A program made the translations under genes and the position numbers. 64,000 bases of DNA from the human T2T-CHM13v2.0 reference genome, Homo sapiens, in NCBI RefSeq assembly GCF_009914755.1, contig NC_060930.1; one strand, given 5' to 3'. The notes under the pieces were generated by a model. That model did no database searches, was not told the origin of the DNA, and saw only the letters and a list, made by a program, of their open reading frames with translations. Positions 1-16,273 of the stretch are shown here, in pieces (within the stretch, counting starts at the first letter, position 1; every line of letters starts with the position of its first letter).

Positions 1-200
1 GACCACAGACTTTGGAGCCAGACTGCCTTCTACTAGCTGTATAAACTTGAGCAAGTTATTTTAAAACTTGATGGCTCAGTTTCCCCATCCCTGTAAATGG
101 AGATGCTAATAGTACCCACCACATGGGATTGTTGTGATGGTTAGAAGAGCTAATATACACAAATACTGGTACATAGTAAGTACTATGTAAGTGTTTGCTA
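1..200 (+). mobile_element. MIR SINE fragment
   Basis: MIR core motifs gactttggagccagactgcc, gcaagttattt, ctcagtttccccatc.ctgtaaatgg.gat..taatagtacc. Confidence 0.75.
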
Positions 201-949
201 CTTTTGTCATTATTAAGGCTAGAATGGATGGTGACAGAAGGCTGTCTCCTTGGGCTTGAGGCCATTTCAGCGCTCTAGTCTTCAAGAGTGAGGTAATTTT
301 ATTTTACAGCAGTAAGAGCAAGCAGCCCCATCTAGCCTTTTGTTGCCCTCTGCTCCTTGGAGGTGAAAGAGAAGTACGAATTGGGGATAGGAAGTTATCT
401 AGAATCAGCTCTGTCCTTCCACATCCCTGTTCTTTGGAGATATTTAGAAACGTTCTATAGATTAGACATCTATTATGTAGTGGGGTGAGCATGTAGACCT
501 TTGAGTGAGTCATACTTGAAGTGAAAAGCTGACTCCTCTATTTACTAGTTGTGAAATATGGGAAATGATACTGTGATCTACCTTGCTGGGATGTTCAGAG
601 GATTAAATGAAGTAGTATCTGTAAATACTCTGGCACATAATAAGAGCTCAAAAAACTAGCAGATGTTTTAAATGAGAATACTAGTAGTAATAATGTTTCC
701 CATTTTAAAATGTAAGTACTTTAGGGAGAGCTAGATATTAATCATTCATGCCTTACCTAGCATTACGTTAATAACATAATTATATTGCTTACAGCCACTG
801 AGGAGCTTTGTGAATAGGAATTTTCATTGCACTGTGAAGGTGAAGTAGGAGAGTGAACCTAGTGAATATGGTGCAGCATGAACCAGGACAGTGGTCACCA
901 TACAAAGTTGAATATGTCTGGGCATTTGATTCAAATCTGTTACCAGAGG

Positions 950-1245
950 GGCTGGGCACAGTGGCTTATGCTTGTATTCCTAGCACTTTGGGAGGCCAAG
1001 GCGGGAAAATTTCTTGAGCCCAGGAATTCGAGACCAGCCTGGACAACATGGTGAGACCGCACCTCTACAAAATTAAAACATTAGCCAGGTATGGTGGCAC
1101 ATACCTGTGATCTCAGCTGCTTGGGTGCTGAGGCAGGAGGATCACTTGAGCCCAGGAGATGGAAGCTGCAGTGAGCCATGTTTGCAACATTGTACTGCCT
1201 GGGCAACAGAGTGAGACCCTGTCTTGAAAAAAACAAACAAAAAAA
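950..1245 (+). mobile_element. Alu (AluJ-like)
   Basis: Dimeric Alu with aggatcacttgagcccagg. TSD-like ctgttaccag on both sides. Confidence 0.92.
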
Positions 1246-4200
1246 ACCTGTTACCAGGTGACCACTTCTATTTCATTTCAACCTATTTAGAAATTTTCCC
1301 CTAAATTATTATGTATTACCTACACACATTTGTTGAAAAAATTATTTCATAAGGAGGCAGCATGATGTAATAGAAAAAGAGATACAGCTTAAAATCCTGA
1401 ATTTGCCATTACTAGCTATATTATAATTTAATTGTATATTACTTAATATATAATTAATGTAATTTAGTTACATTTAATCTCTCATAAAGTGACTTAACCT
1501 CCCTGAGCCTTTGTTTCCTCAGTCATAAGATGTACTGCTACGAGATTTAAATATCAATATATGCAAGGCTGTTCCCACAGAGCCTGGCCCATATCTGGCA
1601 CTCAGAATTTTATTTTTTATTCCCATATATATTCTTCAGACTTTGTACTTGTTGTCATGTCACTGTAAATATGTTCTTATATTTCTGATCAAAGTTGCTG
1701 AAAACCAGCAAAATGACAAAGACAAATTATGATGTCTGCAGTTTATTTTTAAATGGTTCAGCAAAAATATTCCTTCATATGCGTATGTGTAGAGAGAGAA
1801 AGATAAAACAAATGTGGCAAAATTTTAGCAGTTGGTAAACTAGACAAAGGACATACGGGTGTTCATTTTATTCTTTGAGGTTTATTGTGGGTTGGTAATT
1901 TTCAAAATAAAAACATTTGAGAAAAAAGCAAACTGTATTTACTCATGCAAAATAAGACCCTAAAATACCTTCTAGTTAATGTTATTATTTAATGATATTA
2001 GTTTAATTGTAGAATAAGATAACTAGCTTTATTATATTGTGTTAAGTGGGAAAATGATCTTTAATTGGATTGTAGTAAACTTAAAATCTTAAAGCAGAGG
2101 ATGCAGAAATACCTTTTATCTTTGTCACAGATACTCTCATGGGATTTGCCCTTATCTAGTAAGTGTCTTAACTTTGGTGTGGCTGATGGGCTTTTTTGAT
2201 CCTTATGTTTATTAGCACAGAGATTTCCACAGGCAGATACTTCTCTTTCTTCCCCTTCCCCTTAAAAAAAGGTCAGCCAAAGTAAACAGATAGTATAGTT
2301 GAATATGTACTCTGCCTCACAAACCTTTCATTTCAACTTTGCCTAGTCCCCGTTACCAACAAAAAAAGGTCAGTCAGAGTAAACAGATAAGAAATGTGGC
2401 TGAATATGAGCTGCCACACAGCTTCAAATGATCATTTTACCTCATCTTTTAAGATAGTTGTTTTTAATTCCTCTACTTTTGTTCATCAAACCATAAGAAA
2501 TCATGTGGCTAATGATATGATACTGATTGTTAACATTTGCAGGAACTACAGTTAAATTCTTAGGATGATCAGAGATTTTCAAAATGTTCTGTGCCTTCAG
2601 ATATCTTAGCTAGAAATGTCTTTGTAACCCTATCACCGTTTTTTGCTTTGTGAGATGGGTTCACCACACCTCACCAATAACTTTAGAAAAGCATCTTAAT
2701 GTAGTCATCTTTGGTTTCCTTTTAAGAACGGGAATATTTGCATTCCCCGATTTGTGTAATCCTTGCAAGGATATTTTAGTACTGAATTTATTCTGTGTTA
2801 ATAAAGCACATTGCCTGATGACAGGGTAGGACTTGTCTGTTTTATTGTTTTGTCCCTGGCTCCTGGGATGTGGATATGCTAAGTACATGTTTATAAATAT
2901 AAGTGAATTTGAATTAAATGAAAAATTGTGATACCCTTTGGTCACTCTGACTGTAGAAGCTCAAACATTTGTATTTTAATGTGGTTTCCACTTTAAATAT
3001 TTCTGAAGCAGTCATTAATAAAACAATTTAAAGTAGAAAGTCCTGTTGGGATGAGAAATCTTTTCCAAGGAGAAGACTTGCTGTTCAGTTGTGGTTAAGT
3101 CAGCACTGACTGACTAATAGAATGTTACTATTTAGCACATTTGGGACCATCGCGTTTGTTAACTAAAGTGACAGATAAACATTTTTATTTTTTTCTACAA
3201 ATCAAGTGTAATATGCAATATACTGACACATCTCTAAGCTTCATATATCTTTGGGTTAAGATACATATTTATATGTATGAAGCAATAACTCCCAAGTTTG
3301 TTGATATGTTCATTTTTTAATATGTCCCGAAAGAGTTTTTCCATTTGACTTGTTTAAATTAGAAAATTCTTGTGTTAATTACTGTCATACTGGAAAGATC
3401 TTTTCATGAAGTGAAGTATACTTTTGTAAGTTAAGTACCAGATGAAAATGAAAATAATTTCCTATAAAATGAAACAACATATATTAATTGGAAAGAAACT
3501 TGTAAGACTTTTGATTTTAAATAGCTTGCTTTATAACTGCAGAGCTTTTTCAGAATTATTTGTTACTAACATTTTTCTTTAAGAATGAAACCAGATCCGT
3601 GTCTAATTCATAACTGAATGCAAGCACATGAATAAATAGATAAATCTAAAAGGAACAAGGAATGTTAAGCCTTAGCTTAATGCAGTATAAGTCATTGCTT
3701 TGAACTTTGAATTGTGCTGATTAGTTCCAACAGAACATTTATGGACTTTCTAAATTAATTTGCATCATACTTTTTAAAAAATCCTATTGTGTGGTTTCAA
3801 TAAGGCAACTGAGTAGATTTTGTTGCATGTATTTGTATTTTTTAAATGTAGATACTGCTTTTTCTCATTTTTCGTAGTAGGAAGTCAAAAGATAATATCT
3901 GAAAATGACAAAATAAATGAGCTCCATGAGCATATTCTTTAGAAATATAGAGTAAAACATTAGAAGAAGCAACTAAAAGAATTTAGAGTGATTGCCTCTG
4001 AGGTGAAAGATTGAGGAAGTACGGCAGGAAGCTGCTGTTTTCTGTTACAAACCTTGTAGAATTAGTTGACTCTAATGTGTGCAATTATAGTTTTTAAGAA
4101 AAAGATAATTGAGCAGAAAAACCTGTATTTCCCTCTCTCCGTTATTTGCACACATAGTAAGCCTATTTACTTAGACCAACTGGGTACTGCCAGTCAGCTG

Positions 4201-5830
4201 GTAGTAGTTTACACAGTTCCCAGAGAGCATAAGGATGAATAATACACCCTTTGAGGTCTGTCCTGAAACCCTAGTCAAGAGTGTGGCAACACTAAATATT
4301 CTAAAATGGAATTCTTAGACATTGGACTTAATGGAATGAACCACGTGGAGATTTAAAAAACCGTAATTATTCATCTATTTTCATCCTAAATAAAATTCAG
4401 CAGAGTCCCTTATCTTTCTCCAGTATATTATTTACAGTATGTGTGTCTGTGCACACATGTGTAAAACAGAAACCATCCTTAGATAGCTTAAATATAAACA
4501 GGGAAATATTTCTCAGACTATGGGGTCCCCCAGAGCCCAAAGGCAGAAGCACGGTGTGCAGTGTGGCCTATGGAAGGCATTGAAACTGTACAGCCGACTT
4601 TGTCATTCCTCCTCCTCCTGCAGGCTGATTTTTTTTTCTTTTTTTACCTCAAGCTTTCATGTCCAGTTACAAGAAAAGGAACAGAATTATTTGGTCTGCT
4701 CTGTCTCTGTTTTTTTCTCTCTTTGTCGGTGTCTGTCTTCTCCCCCTCCTCACCCCCATCACCGTGTCCACCCTCTGCTGAGGAGAGAGTTGTTAAATAA
4801 AGGAGATCCTTGTAAGCAGTGCAGACATTCCACTACATGACAGCCTGAGTAGGTTTATTCATAAATGCTTAGCTGCAGAGATGAGGACATTAAGTATTTC
4901 ATGGTAATGTCACTAATAAATGACCAAAGCATAGGCAGCTGCTGTAAGCTTAATGATTGTCAACATTTAGGTGTGGGGTGAAGTTCTAAAGCAACCCCAT
5001 GTGGTCACATTATCCACTGGTGAAATGCTCTTTTGCTCTAGGTGGGTGCATTTTGGTGCTACCAGTTACGCTTCAGATGTACACAGACTATTCTTATCCT
5101 TAAGATAGTGATACTATTTCATGAGTAGAGTTCTTCCAGTTTTACTTCTTTTTTAGTCAAGCATTTATTTGAAGCTGTATTGCAAAAATTATTTCATGAT
5201 TCTTTGATTTGTACCAGTAAGCAATACACAAACCGCATAGGAGTTTTGCCTCTTTTCCTTTATCTCCTCTTATTGAGATGTGGCATTCTTCAGAAAGTCA
5301 TCCAGCATCCCTGTGGATCTCTGCCATAAATACTCTCAGAGCAGGCCTTCCATCAGCCTGATGATTTTCTTTAATTTGTCAGAGTACTCTAGGCTTTGTG
5401 GTATGTGGTTCCCGGGCTTAATGTTTACTGTGATGAAGTAAAGTCTGCTTCTCTAAAATACTGATCTGATTAGAGTTTTCGATGAAATATTGTGATGGAC
5501 TCATTTTGAGAAGGAAGCTTAAGTCTAGAATTTTATCATATGTAACCTTCAAAGTTTGTAATTGTGGAGTTTCTGGGTATTAGTGATTGAGCATTCCAAG
5601 AGACACCTTTGAAAATTGTTCAGTAGTTTTTCACAATTGATCATGTATTCTTCATTTAGCAGGTAGTTAGGGTTTTTTTCTGTTTTAAACTTTATTTTTA
5701 TTGTTATTAATACAAGTTCCAAAACCAAAAAACAGTTTTTAATCCAGTCATGCAAATAAATGAATGTTACCATCAGTAAATATTTTTGAGTGAATGAATA
5801 GTTTAACTCTATAAAATTGTTCAACAGCCC

Positions 5831-6105
<275 letters not shown>

Positions 6106-6749
6106 CTTCTATTTTTTAATCCCTTCCAAAAATGTTACAGATCGTAAAGTAATAGGCCCATGAGTCCATGTGTTCTATAGGGGGTTCATTGCAAAAGGAT
6201 GGAAATCTGAGTGATTATAGAAAGAGAGTTGAGTGATACATAAGTTAGAAAGAGACAGCAGAGTAGACTAGAGGATGCAATAAGTGCATATAAAAAATAT
6301 TAAAAGAGAGAAAAGAAAATTCCCAAAGTCCTTGCCATGGTAGTTCAGATGTATTCTGGCTCATAATTTCCTTAGGATTTTTATTGTAAGTGGCTGACTA
6401 ATGGACTCTTGGCATGGGCTTTGGCTTATGAAATTCTTTCTGTAGTTTGAAGAGTTTAGGGGATACCTGACTTGGTCCATGCCTATTTGAACTTTCAGGG
6501 TGTTAATCAAAACTGCCTGAAGAATTGCAGATCCTGCCCACCTATATTTAAAATTTTCTGGCATGACCTAGGCCTAGAGAAAAAAATGTATGGTGCCATC
6601 TTTTTTAGTAGAAAAAGTACTAGACATGATGTCAGGAGAGTCTGTGTTTTGGGGCTGCCATTTATTAGCTCTATAACCATGGATTGCTTAATTTCTTGGA
6701 TCATATTGTCTTCACCTTTGAAATGAGGATTATACCCATTGTATATTTA

Positions 6750-7815
6750 TTTGCTCATTCATTCATTCATTCATTCATGAGTGCCCATAAATTCTTTGGT
6801 TGACCATGTGGCAGACACTTTTATACATGCAAAAGATACAAAGAATAGGACACTGTCCCTGAATTCAAGGAGCTTATTGCCTATTAAAGGAGGATAGATT
6901 TGTATTAAGAAATAAATAAATGCATGGAAATATTATGAGTACTATGAATGAAACAAGAAACATGAGAATCTTTTTTGATGTCTTCTGTTTCATTAATCAC
7001 CAGGTTGTATTAATTCTTCTGCCTAAATAAATCTCCAATCCATCAACTTTTCTTCATCATCACAGTCAGTACCTTAAGTCCAAGCTGCTATTACCTCTTT
7101 TTGGACCACTGATCTTCCCATACCCACTCAAGCCCTCAAGTCCATTCTTCTCACTGTGGCCAGAGACACCTTTGAAGGCAAAGCTGATCATAGACCGATG
7201 TTAACAGTAGGGGAACCTGGCTGTTGAGGTGTATGGGACCCCTCTTCACTATCTTCACAAGTTATCTGTAAATTTAGAACTTTTCTAAATGAAAAATGTT
7301 TATTAAAATGTTTTAAAATAAGGCAAACTGACCACACAAATTTAAGTTGCTGCTTAAAATCCTTCAGTGGCTTTTTTTTTCTTTTTTTAAAGAGAAAATC
7401 CCAAATTCTTCAAATGACCTACAAGACCTGTTTGACCTGGCCCTGCTTACGTCCTGGAACATTCTTCCCTTTCCCTGCGCCAGCCTCATGGGCCCTCTGG
7501 TCACACACTGTCAGGCTCCTTGCAGACAAGCAATAAGCTGCTCTTCTGCTGTCTCCCTGGCTAACTCCTCAACCTTCAGATCTGCAGCTCAGATGTCACT
7601 TCCTCAGGACGTCCTCTTAAGTCATCCTGCATTGTCTTTTGGGGCACTTGTCAATTGTCATTACGTTTGTGTTTTGGTGATTTTTAAAAACATGTCAGTT
7701 GATCCCACTGAACTATGAGCCGCACAGGAGGGCTGAGGCCATGTCTGTCTTGCATATGGTGCTTAGCACCTACCTGGCACATGGAAGGACTCATCAGTTG
7801 TTGAATGAATAACTA
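6750..7815. mobile_element. L2 fragments in both orientations, with a short old L1 3' piece (~7195-7310)
   Basis: (TCAT)n L2 tail at 6755-6778. L2 motifs ctgcttaaaatccttcagtggct and cctggcacat...gttgaatgaat. Confidence 0.65.
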
Positions 7816-8355
7816 AATGATGTGAAAGTAAGTGTTGTGACATTTTTGCTCCTTGCTCTAAAGACTACTGTGCCCAAGCACTGCAAATGGAGAGGAGTAT
7901 ATAGTGAAATTTGCTTAAAATGATAAAAACACAACAAAAATTAATATACATGTAAGACATTGAAAAATAGCCAGAACATTGTCCCTTTCTCATAGTAAGG
8001 AAAGACTTACAAGTAATTCATGACTAACTCATAAGTTGAGTACAGAAAAGGAAAAGAAAGAACTTTAAAAAAATATTTTAAACCTTCTGCTGAATTCACC
8101 TGTTGGCTAAATTTCAAAAGTGTTAGTATAGAGATTTCAAATTACATTTAGTTAAAGTAGAAAGTAAGTAATTTCAGCTTAATTGTTGAAATGATTTTGA
8201 CGTTGTATTTAATACAGACTATGATGAGCCAGGCATAGTGGTACCCACCTGTAGTCCCAGCTATTTGGGAGGGTGGAGTGGGGAGATTGCTTGAGGCCAG
8301 GAGTTTGAGGCTGCAGTGCCCTATGATTTAGCTGTCTCCAAAAAAAGTAATAATA

Positions 8356-8890
<535 letters not shown>

Positions 8891-11800
8891 TTATGATATA
8901 CAATTTAAATAAAAAATGTTCCTAGAGTTCTGTAATATTTTTAATCATTGGAGGCTTATCCAGTATATTTACTTCCCATGAGGGAGATTAAATAGTCAGT
9001 GATTTCATCAGCAAAGAGACAAAAAGGCACCAAGTAGTATATATGCTGGATCAAAACAAACATTTCACTTAAGAATAATGTGCCTTATTTGACCACTTAA
9101 TGATATATGATAGTATGACTTCTTGCAGCAAAAAGGAGCTCATTTTACTTACGCGATAGATGCATGAAGGCCCTTGGATATATAGCACTTATGGGATGTT
9201 TGAATCCAGAAGAAGGTTGCAAGGAGAGACCATGCCCACTCCCTTAACTGCAAACTTGAGAAAACTTGGAGAAACACCCACTTTCTCCCTGTTAGCCCCT
9301 CCTTTCAACTCACTCTTTCTGGCTGGAACTTCAATAGAGATACATAGAAAAACTCTGGAAGTATACTCATTAAACTGTTAACAATGGTTGCTAATTAGAG
9401 AGTGAGAATGGGGAAAGAAATACATGTATTTCTTTTGTTATTAAAAAGCCATTAGCAATTAAATAATAAATTATAGTATATTGACATACCGTTTAGCATT
9501 TGGTTTTCTCAACTTAGTTTGTATAATTTACTGTATTTAACAATATTTTTGATATTTCACTACTGAATATTATTTTTAAATTATGCATATTAATATTGAT
9601 TGAAAAAATTTTCCTGACTCCTGATCCCCTTGAGGTGAAGAAATCTGAAGCTTAGGTTGTCTCTGTTTAGTAAATCCTCTCAAGGCAAAAGCTGGCTTCA
9701 TTTTTCCATTTACTGCTCTGGGTTTCAGTCTTGTGTTGGTTTTTACTATAGTGTTCCTCACTAATGCTTTAATGAAGTTTTAAGGTTGGTTATTTGTTTT
9801 TATGTTTCGTCCAGGGTTTTTAGTTGTTTTTAAAATGTTGGTCTAGAAACCAGGTCAGCCATTCTGTTGGAAATGAACCTCTCTTAGATTAGGCACCATA
9901 ATGTATACACTTGGTATGTTACATAATTTCTACCAGAGCTGTGAAATGGTATAATGAAGTGTCTTTATGCCATTCAGTAGACTAACCCTCCCTTCACCAA
10001 AGAGTTTCAGCATGTATTTTCTTTGATGAACTCTTTGCAAGATGCAGATAAATACTGGATAGTTTTTCCCAGGTTAAAATTATGTCTGTGATTCTGTGGT
10101 GTAGAACTCTGTGAGGCTTTGACTACCCATTAGCTGTATATTAGAGCAAATTCAGGTGGACTTTTTGAATAGAATCACAGTTCTCCTGAATGTGTGACTT
10201 CCCTCATCACACTTTCAGGCTGAAGTTGGATAGCTGCACACATGTGTCTTTGTGAGACATCTTAATTTTCATAAGGCCCACCTTATCTTATCTCAGTGCA
10301 GCTTTGTCCTAAGCTGGCTCAAAACAACAGAAGCTGCATTCCAGGAATTTATCAGGAGAGTATAAATAAATTCTCGTTGTTTTGTATTATCCTTACGTTC
10401 TAAAAGAAACCAGTTTTTATGGTTTACATAAAGAATATTTAGCGTATCCATTCTGCTGAAATAAAATCTAAATTTCAAATGAAGTCAGAGAGCTAAATAC
10501 CCGGATTACATCAAATTGACTTTCCCTTAGACCCATTCTTTTAAACTGCCCTTTAGGGTGATGCCATTCACTCATAAGCAGCAGCTGACAAAGCATCTGT
10601 ATGTTTCCTCACAGATGTTGAGGATGTTCTTATTACATAAACATTGGGTTTCTTGTCACTGAACTCCCAAGGGAGAATTTCCTTCTGAGCTTTCCAGGAG
10701 CAGTTTGGTTGTGGACACCATGCATTTGGGTCTTGATTGTCTCCCTTTTTCCTTTGGCTGCTAGAAAGCTTAGCATCTTGAGGTCCTTCCCTGTCAAGGA
10801 CATAGAACTTCATGGAATGTACCAATCTCATTGCAGATGCCATCTTACTTTCCTACCCTTAATTTTCCTTTAACTCATTTTTTGCCATATTAAATGCTTA
10901 TTTTAAAATCATTTTGAGTATTTTTTGGAACATAGTAGCCACATGCAGAATCATTTGATTATTATTTCAGATAATGCAAATCAGTGAATAACCATGTTTT
11001 AGAAATGAAATTACAAAATTATATGTTTACTTTTGCTTCTCTCAACATTATCGGGACCCAGAAAATTAGATTTTGATATAATTCACTGTCTCTAGAATTC
11101 AAAGAAACAAATATGCAAAGACAGTGGAGACCACTATTAGGATTTCTGAGAATGCATACAGCTTGTTCCCTCATTTGGTTGAACAGGCAAATTTTCAAAA
11201 GTAAAATCACTCTTCCCAAATATTTTGTAGATTTTGGTAATCTGATAAATGAGCTATTTACTCATTGTTTCTTTGGTACCCACACAGTGGATTATCCATA
11301 GCGACAACCCTTTTCAAAACTTAATAGGGCCAACTCTGTATTTATTAGGGAAATAATACCACCAGGTTAAACAAACTGTGGCTCTTGGTTCTGTGTATTT
11401 ACTCTCTTTCAAAGGGATCTGTTAAACCTTCAGTGTGCCATGTTGTAGATCATTAGAGAAGCTGAATTAGGATATGACTCTGTGATCCTGAATGTGCCTG
11501 CCATTTTTATAGTATGTTTAGAATCAAATAAAAAAGATGATGAGCAAATAAAGCATTAGAAATAAAGTACCATGTTATGTATTGAAAACAGGGCCAAATT
11601 CTTGTCTGCACAGTACAAATGAGAGCTTGATTATGGTAAATATTACCACTTTCAGTCTATGGAGGTTAAGTAGAATACATAATATTGGCTCAGGAAAATA
11701 CATTTCTGTTTTTCTTGATTCTAGGAATTATATTGATGTGGAATCTGTAAGAAAGGCTGTGCCTCAAAAAAGAAGAAAGATAGTTTCAGAATTACAGAGA

Positions 11801-12228
11801 TTTTCATAAGAGAACAGATTTTTTTCAAAGAATTCTAATTGCTGTTGAAATTTAAATTAAGCCTAAGATCTTTCATGTCAATTGTTGAGAAATGAAGTCA
11901 TATTTAAAATCACAAAATGTTAGAGTTCATTTAATTCAATATCCTTATTTTATAGCCATGAATGCTTTTAGAAATTGCTACAAAAGCATACTATCATCTC
12001 AATGTCCTTGTGCAATATAAAAACATTTTTTAAATTAAAACTTGTTAAGCTTCTGTCCTAAAAGGTATACTAATGGGAGTAGAATAATCTTTTATAGGGT
12101 AGATTGATGTAGGGTTTTTTTTTTATATATATAATAGGATGGAGTACTTTTTTTTCTTATTGGATTTTTTACGTAGGGCTTAATAGTGGGGTTCTGTATT
12201 TATGAATTGGCTGAGCCTGTTTGGATAA

Positions 12229-12438
<210 letters not shown>

Positions 12439-13221
12439 TGATATTCTCTTCTGCCCAAGTTCACAGCCAACTCTGTGTGGCATGCATTGCTTTTATGAAT
12501 AAAATTGTTGCCATTTTAGCTATATAAGCTGGAGCGTTTGAGCATTAAACTACTAGGGAATAAGAGGTATCAAGAAAGTTGACATACCTTTCTCCTCTTG
12601 AAAGACTGATTTCCCTGAGAGAAAAAGGAACCTTCCCAGGAGGTATTATCCTAACATTTTAAAGGCTTTCTCTAGGCCTCTCCCAACAGAAAAGTGACAA
12701 GAGAAAGATGGAATATGGCAGGATTGTCGCCACGGGTTGGCAGGAGTCAGGAGCATGTGGTCCTGACTCAGCTGTCCCATTAGGCAGTTGAGACCATGGG
12801 CAGGCAGGTCACTACCCTTTCAAGACTGTCACCCTTGTCTTCACACCACGTGTCGAATGGGAGGCTTCTGATGGAGAACAAGTAAAATAGAATGTCTGCT
12901 ATTTAAGTTAATAAACAATATATGTCTCCCTTTTTGTTCTCTTGAGGACTTGAGAGTAGACACTTTGGACTTTAAATATCCCTCAGGTTTTTTTTTTTAA
13001 AAAAGCCTTTTCATTTTAGAAATTGTAAAGTCAATCAGAAACACTACAATATGTTGAGTGATAAGGCCCTTTAAATACAGAGTGTGTGAAAGAACCAGCA
13101 TATCAATGAAACACAAAATAATATGTGGAAATTGTAGAGCATGACTGTGAAATTGTGCTTTTATGATAACTCTCATAAGTTAAGCAAAAAGAAAATCCCA
13201 CTTCACATTAATGTGTTCTGA

Positions 13222-13850
<629 letters not shown>

Positions 13851-14494
13851 CCTATGAGTTTTTCATTTTAGGAATTAAAGATGTAATTCTGAGTTTAAAC
13901 GATTCTCATTTGGTATTAGAATGTTCCCATTAACATTAGAAATAATCATTTAAAATGACTTAATAGGATATAAGAGAAAAAACTGAAATAGTGATGAGTG
14001 AAATGGCATTTTTTCAGCATAAATATAATGTGTTTCAAATGAACTAGTTCCTTTTCTGATACATTTATTATAGATGGATTTTAATAAAATAATTGTACCT
14101 GTTTTCTATTTTAGTCTTAAAAAGTTACAGTGTACATACTGAAATATGGCACCCCAAACAAAGGATCCTAAGTAAATATTCATTCAATCCTCATCCTTAT
14201 ATATTTCTATTACCTGTCCTCTGTGAGCCCAGACTAGAACCTGTGGCAGCAGCTGCAGCGCCTCCATTTCCTCAGCTATGGCGCTTCCTCGCCCAGGTCT
14301 GAAGAATACCAGATGTTTTCTAAATCCTCCACACATAGTAGGCCTACCTTATTAAAAGCAACTTTGTGATGAGAGGACTTAATCAGAGGACATACATCCC
14401 TAAGTAATAGATTTTATTCAAATTAAGATGGTGATCTCAACCAGTATTTTAAACACAAACATTTGAGTTGTGTATATTATTAATTTATATATTT

Positions 14495-15359
14495 TTCAAA
14501 GGATAATTTGTATTATTTTAATTATTTTTATGTACAGAAAACTCAACCGTGTACATTTAATCCAGTTTAGTGGCAGGTTCTTTAGCCTTTGCCTTTTCCA
14601 GCTTGGCAGTGTGAGCCACAGACTTGGGACCAAGGACATTGCCCCCCCAGTGACAGCAGATCTCATCGTGTCTGTCATTGTAATTGGTCCTGATAGCTTC
14701 CACCATCTTAGCCAAAGCCCTTTTGTCTTCCGAGTTAATCTGTGTGAAGGTGATGGTGGTGTGGGTCATCCTGTGAACCAGTCTTGCCTTTCCCTTGACA
14801 GCGCAGTCAGGGACCCCCATTTTATGAGACAGGGCAGGCAGGAAGACAACCAGCTTGATGGGATCCACGTCATGTGCAGTCACCGCCAGCTGAGCCTTCT
14901 TCTTCTCCACCAAGGTGGTGACGGTGTTAACCCCAGCTTGAAGGACAGGTGGTCTCTTAGTGGGGACATCCCCTTTGCCAACAGCTTTCTTCTCAGCCTG
15001 GGCCAAGTCTCTGCCTCTTCTCTTGCTTTGTCTCTGGTCTGTATTATGGGCCAGCTTATGTAGTTGAGTAGCTGTTTGGTGGTCCCAGGGCCTGGGTGAA
15101 CTGGTTCATCACAGGAGGCACTTTTAGGCTCTTGTAGAGGATAACTCTTTGCTGCTGCAGCCTGACATAGTGGGGCCATTTCACAAAGTGGGTGAGGTCC
15201 CTTTTGGGCTGGATGTCCTGTCCAGTGCCAGAATTCTTAGGCCTTTACTCAACAGGGGATTCACCACTTTCTTGGCCTGTTGCTTCAAGATAGCAGGGGC
15301 TGGGGCCCCGTCTTGCCCTTGGTCTTCTTTCGGCATCTTGGGCAGCTATAGGAGAGAGA
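14495..15359 (-). pseudogene. RPL7A (eL8) processed pseudogene, full length, antisense within PEX7 intron 9
   Basis: The minus strand begins with a TOP-like tctctctcc, then caagATGccgaaa (ATG at 15336). It is intronless and frameshifted in the 5' half. ORF 14557-15006 gives [47 protein letters not shown], the RPL7A C-terminal half. Flanking repeats taatttAtatattt (14481-14494) and taatttGtatattt (15360-15373) look like a TSD. Confidence 0.95.
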
Positions 15360-15449
15360 TAATTTGTATATTTACAAGTCACATCAAACTCTTTTCTAGG
15401 GGAGATATGAATCAAGTTCTACATGTATCTCCATGTTTTTCCCTCTCAC

Positions 15450-16273
<824 letters not shown>

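Noticed and set aside
4520-4860. ORFs and an acceptor-like cctcctcctgcAG near 4624 as a cryptic PEX7 exon
   Set aside because: No similarity to PEX7 or any domain I recognise, low-complexity sequence, and no clear partner donor.
14502-14513. gataatttgtat matching 15358-15369 as the pseudogene TSD
   Set aside because: The left copy appears to belong to the RPL7A 3' UTR as recalled; the 14481-14494 / 15360-15373 pair fits better.
14470-15063. 197-aa plus-strand ORF in PEX7 intron 9
   Set aside because: Antisense shadow of the RPL7A retrocopy; it starts in AT-rich flank and has no splice support.
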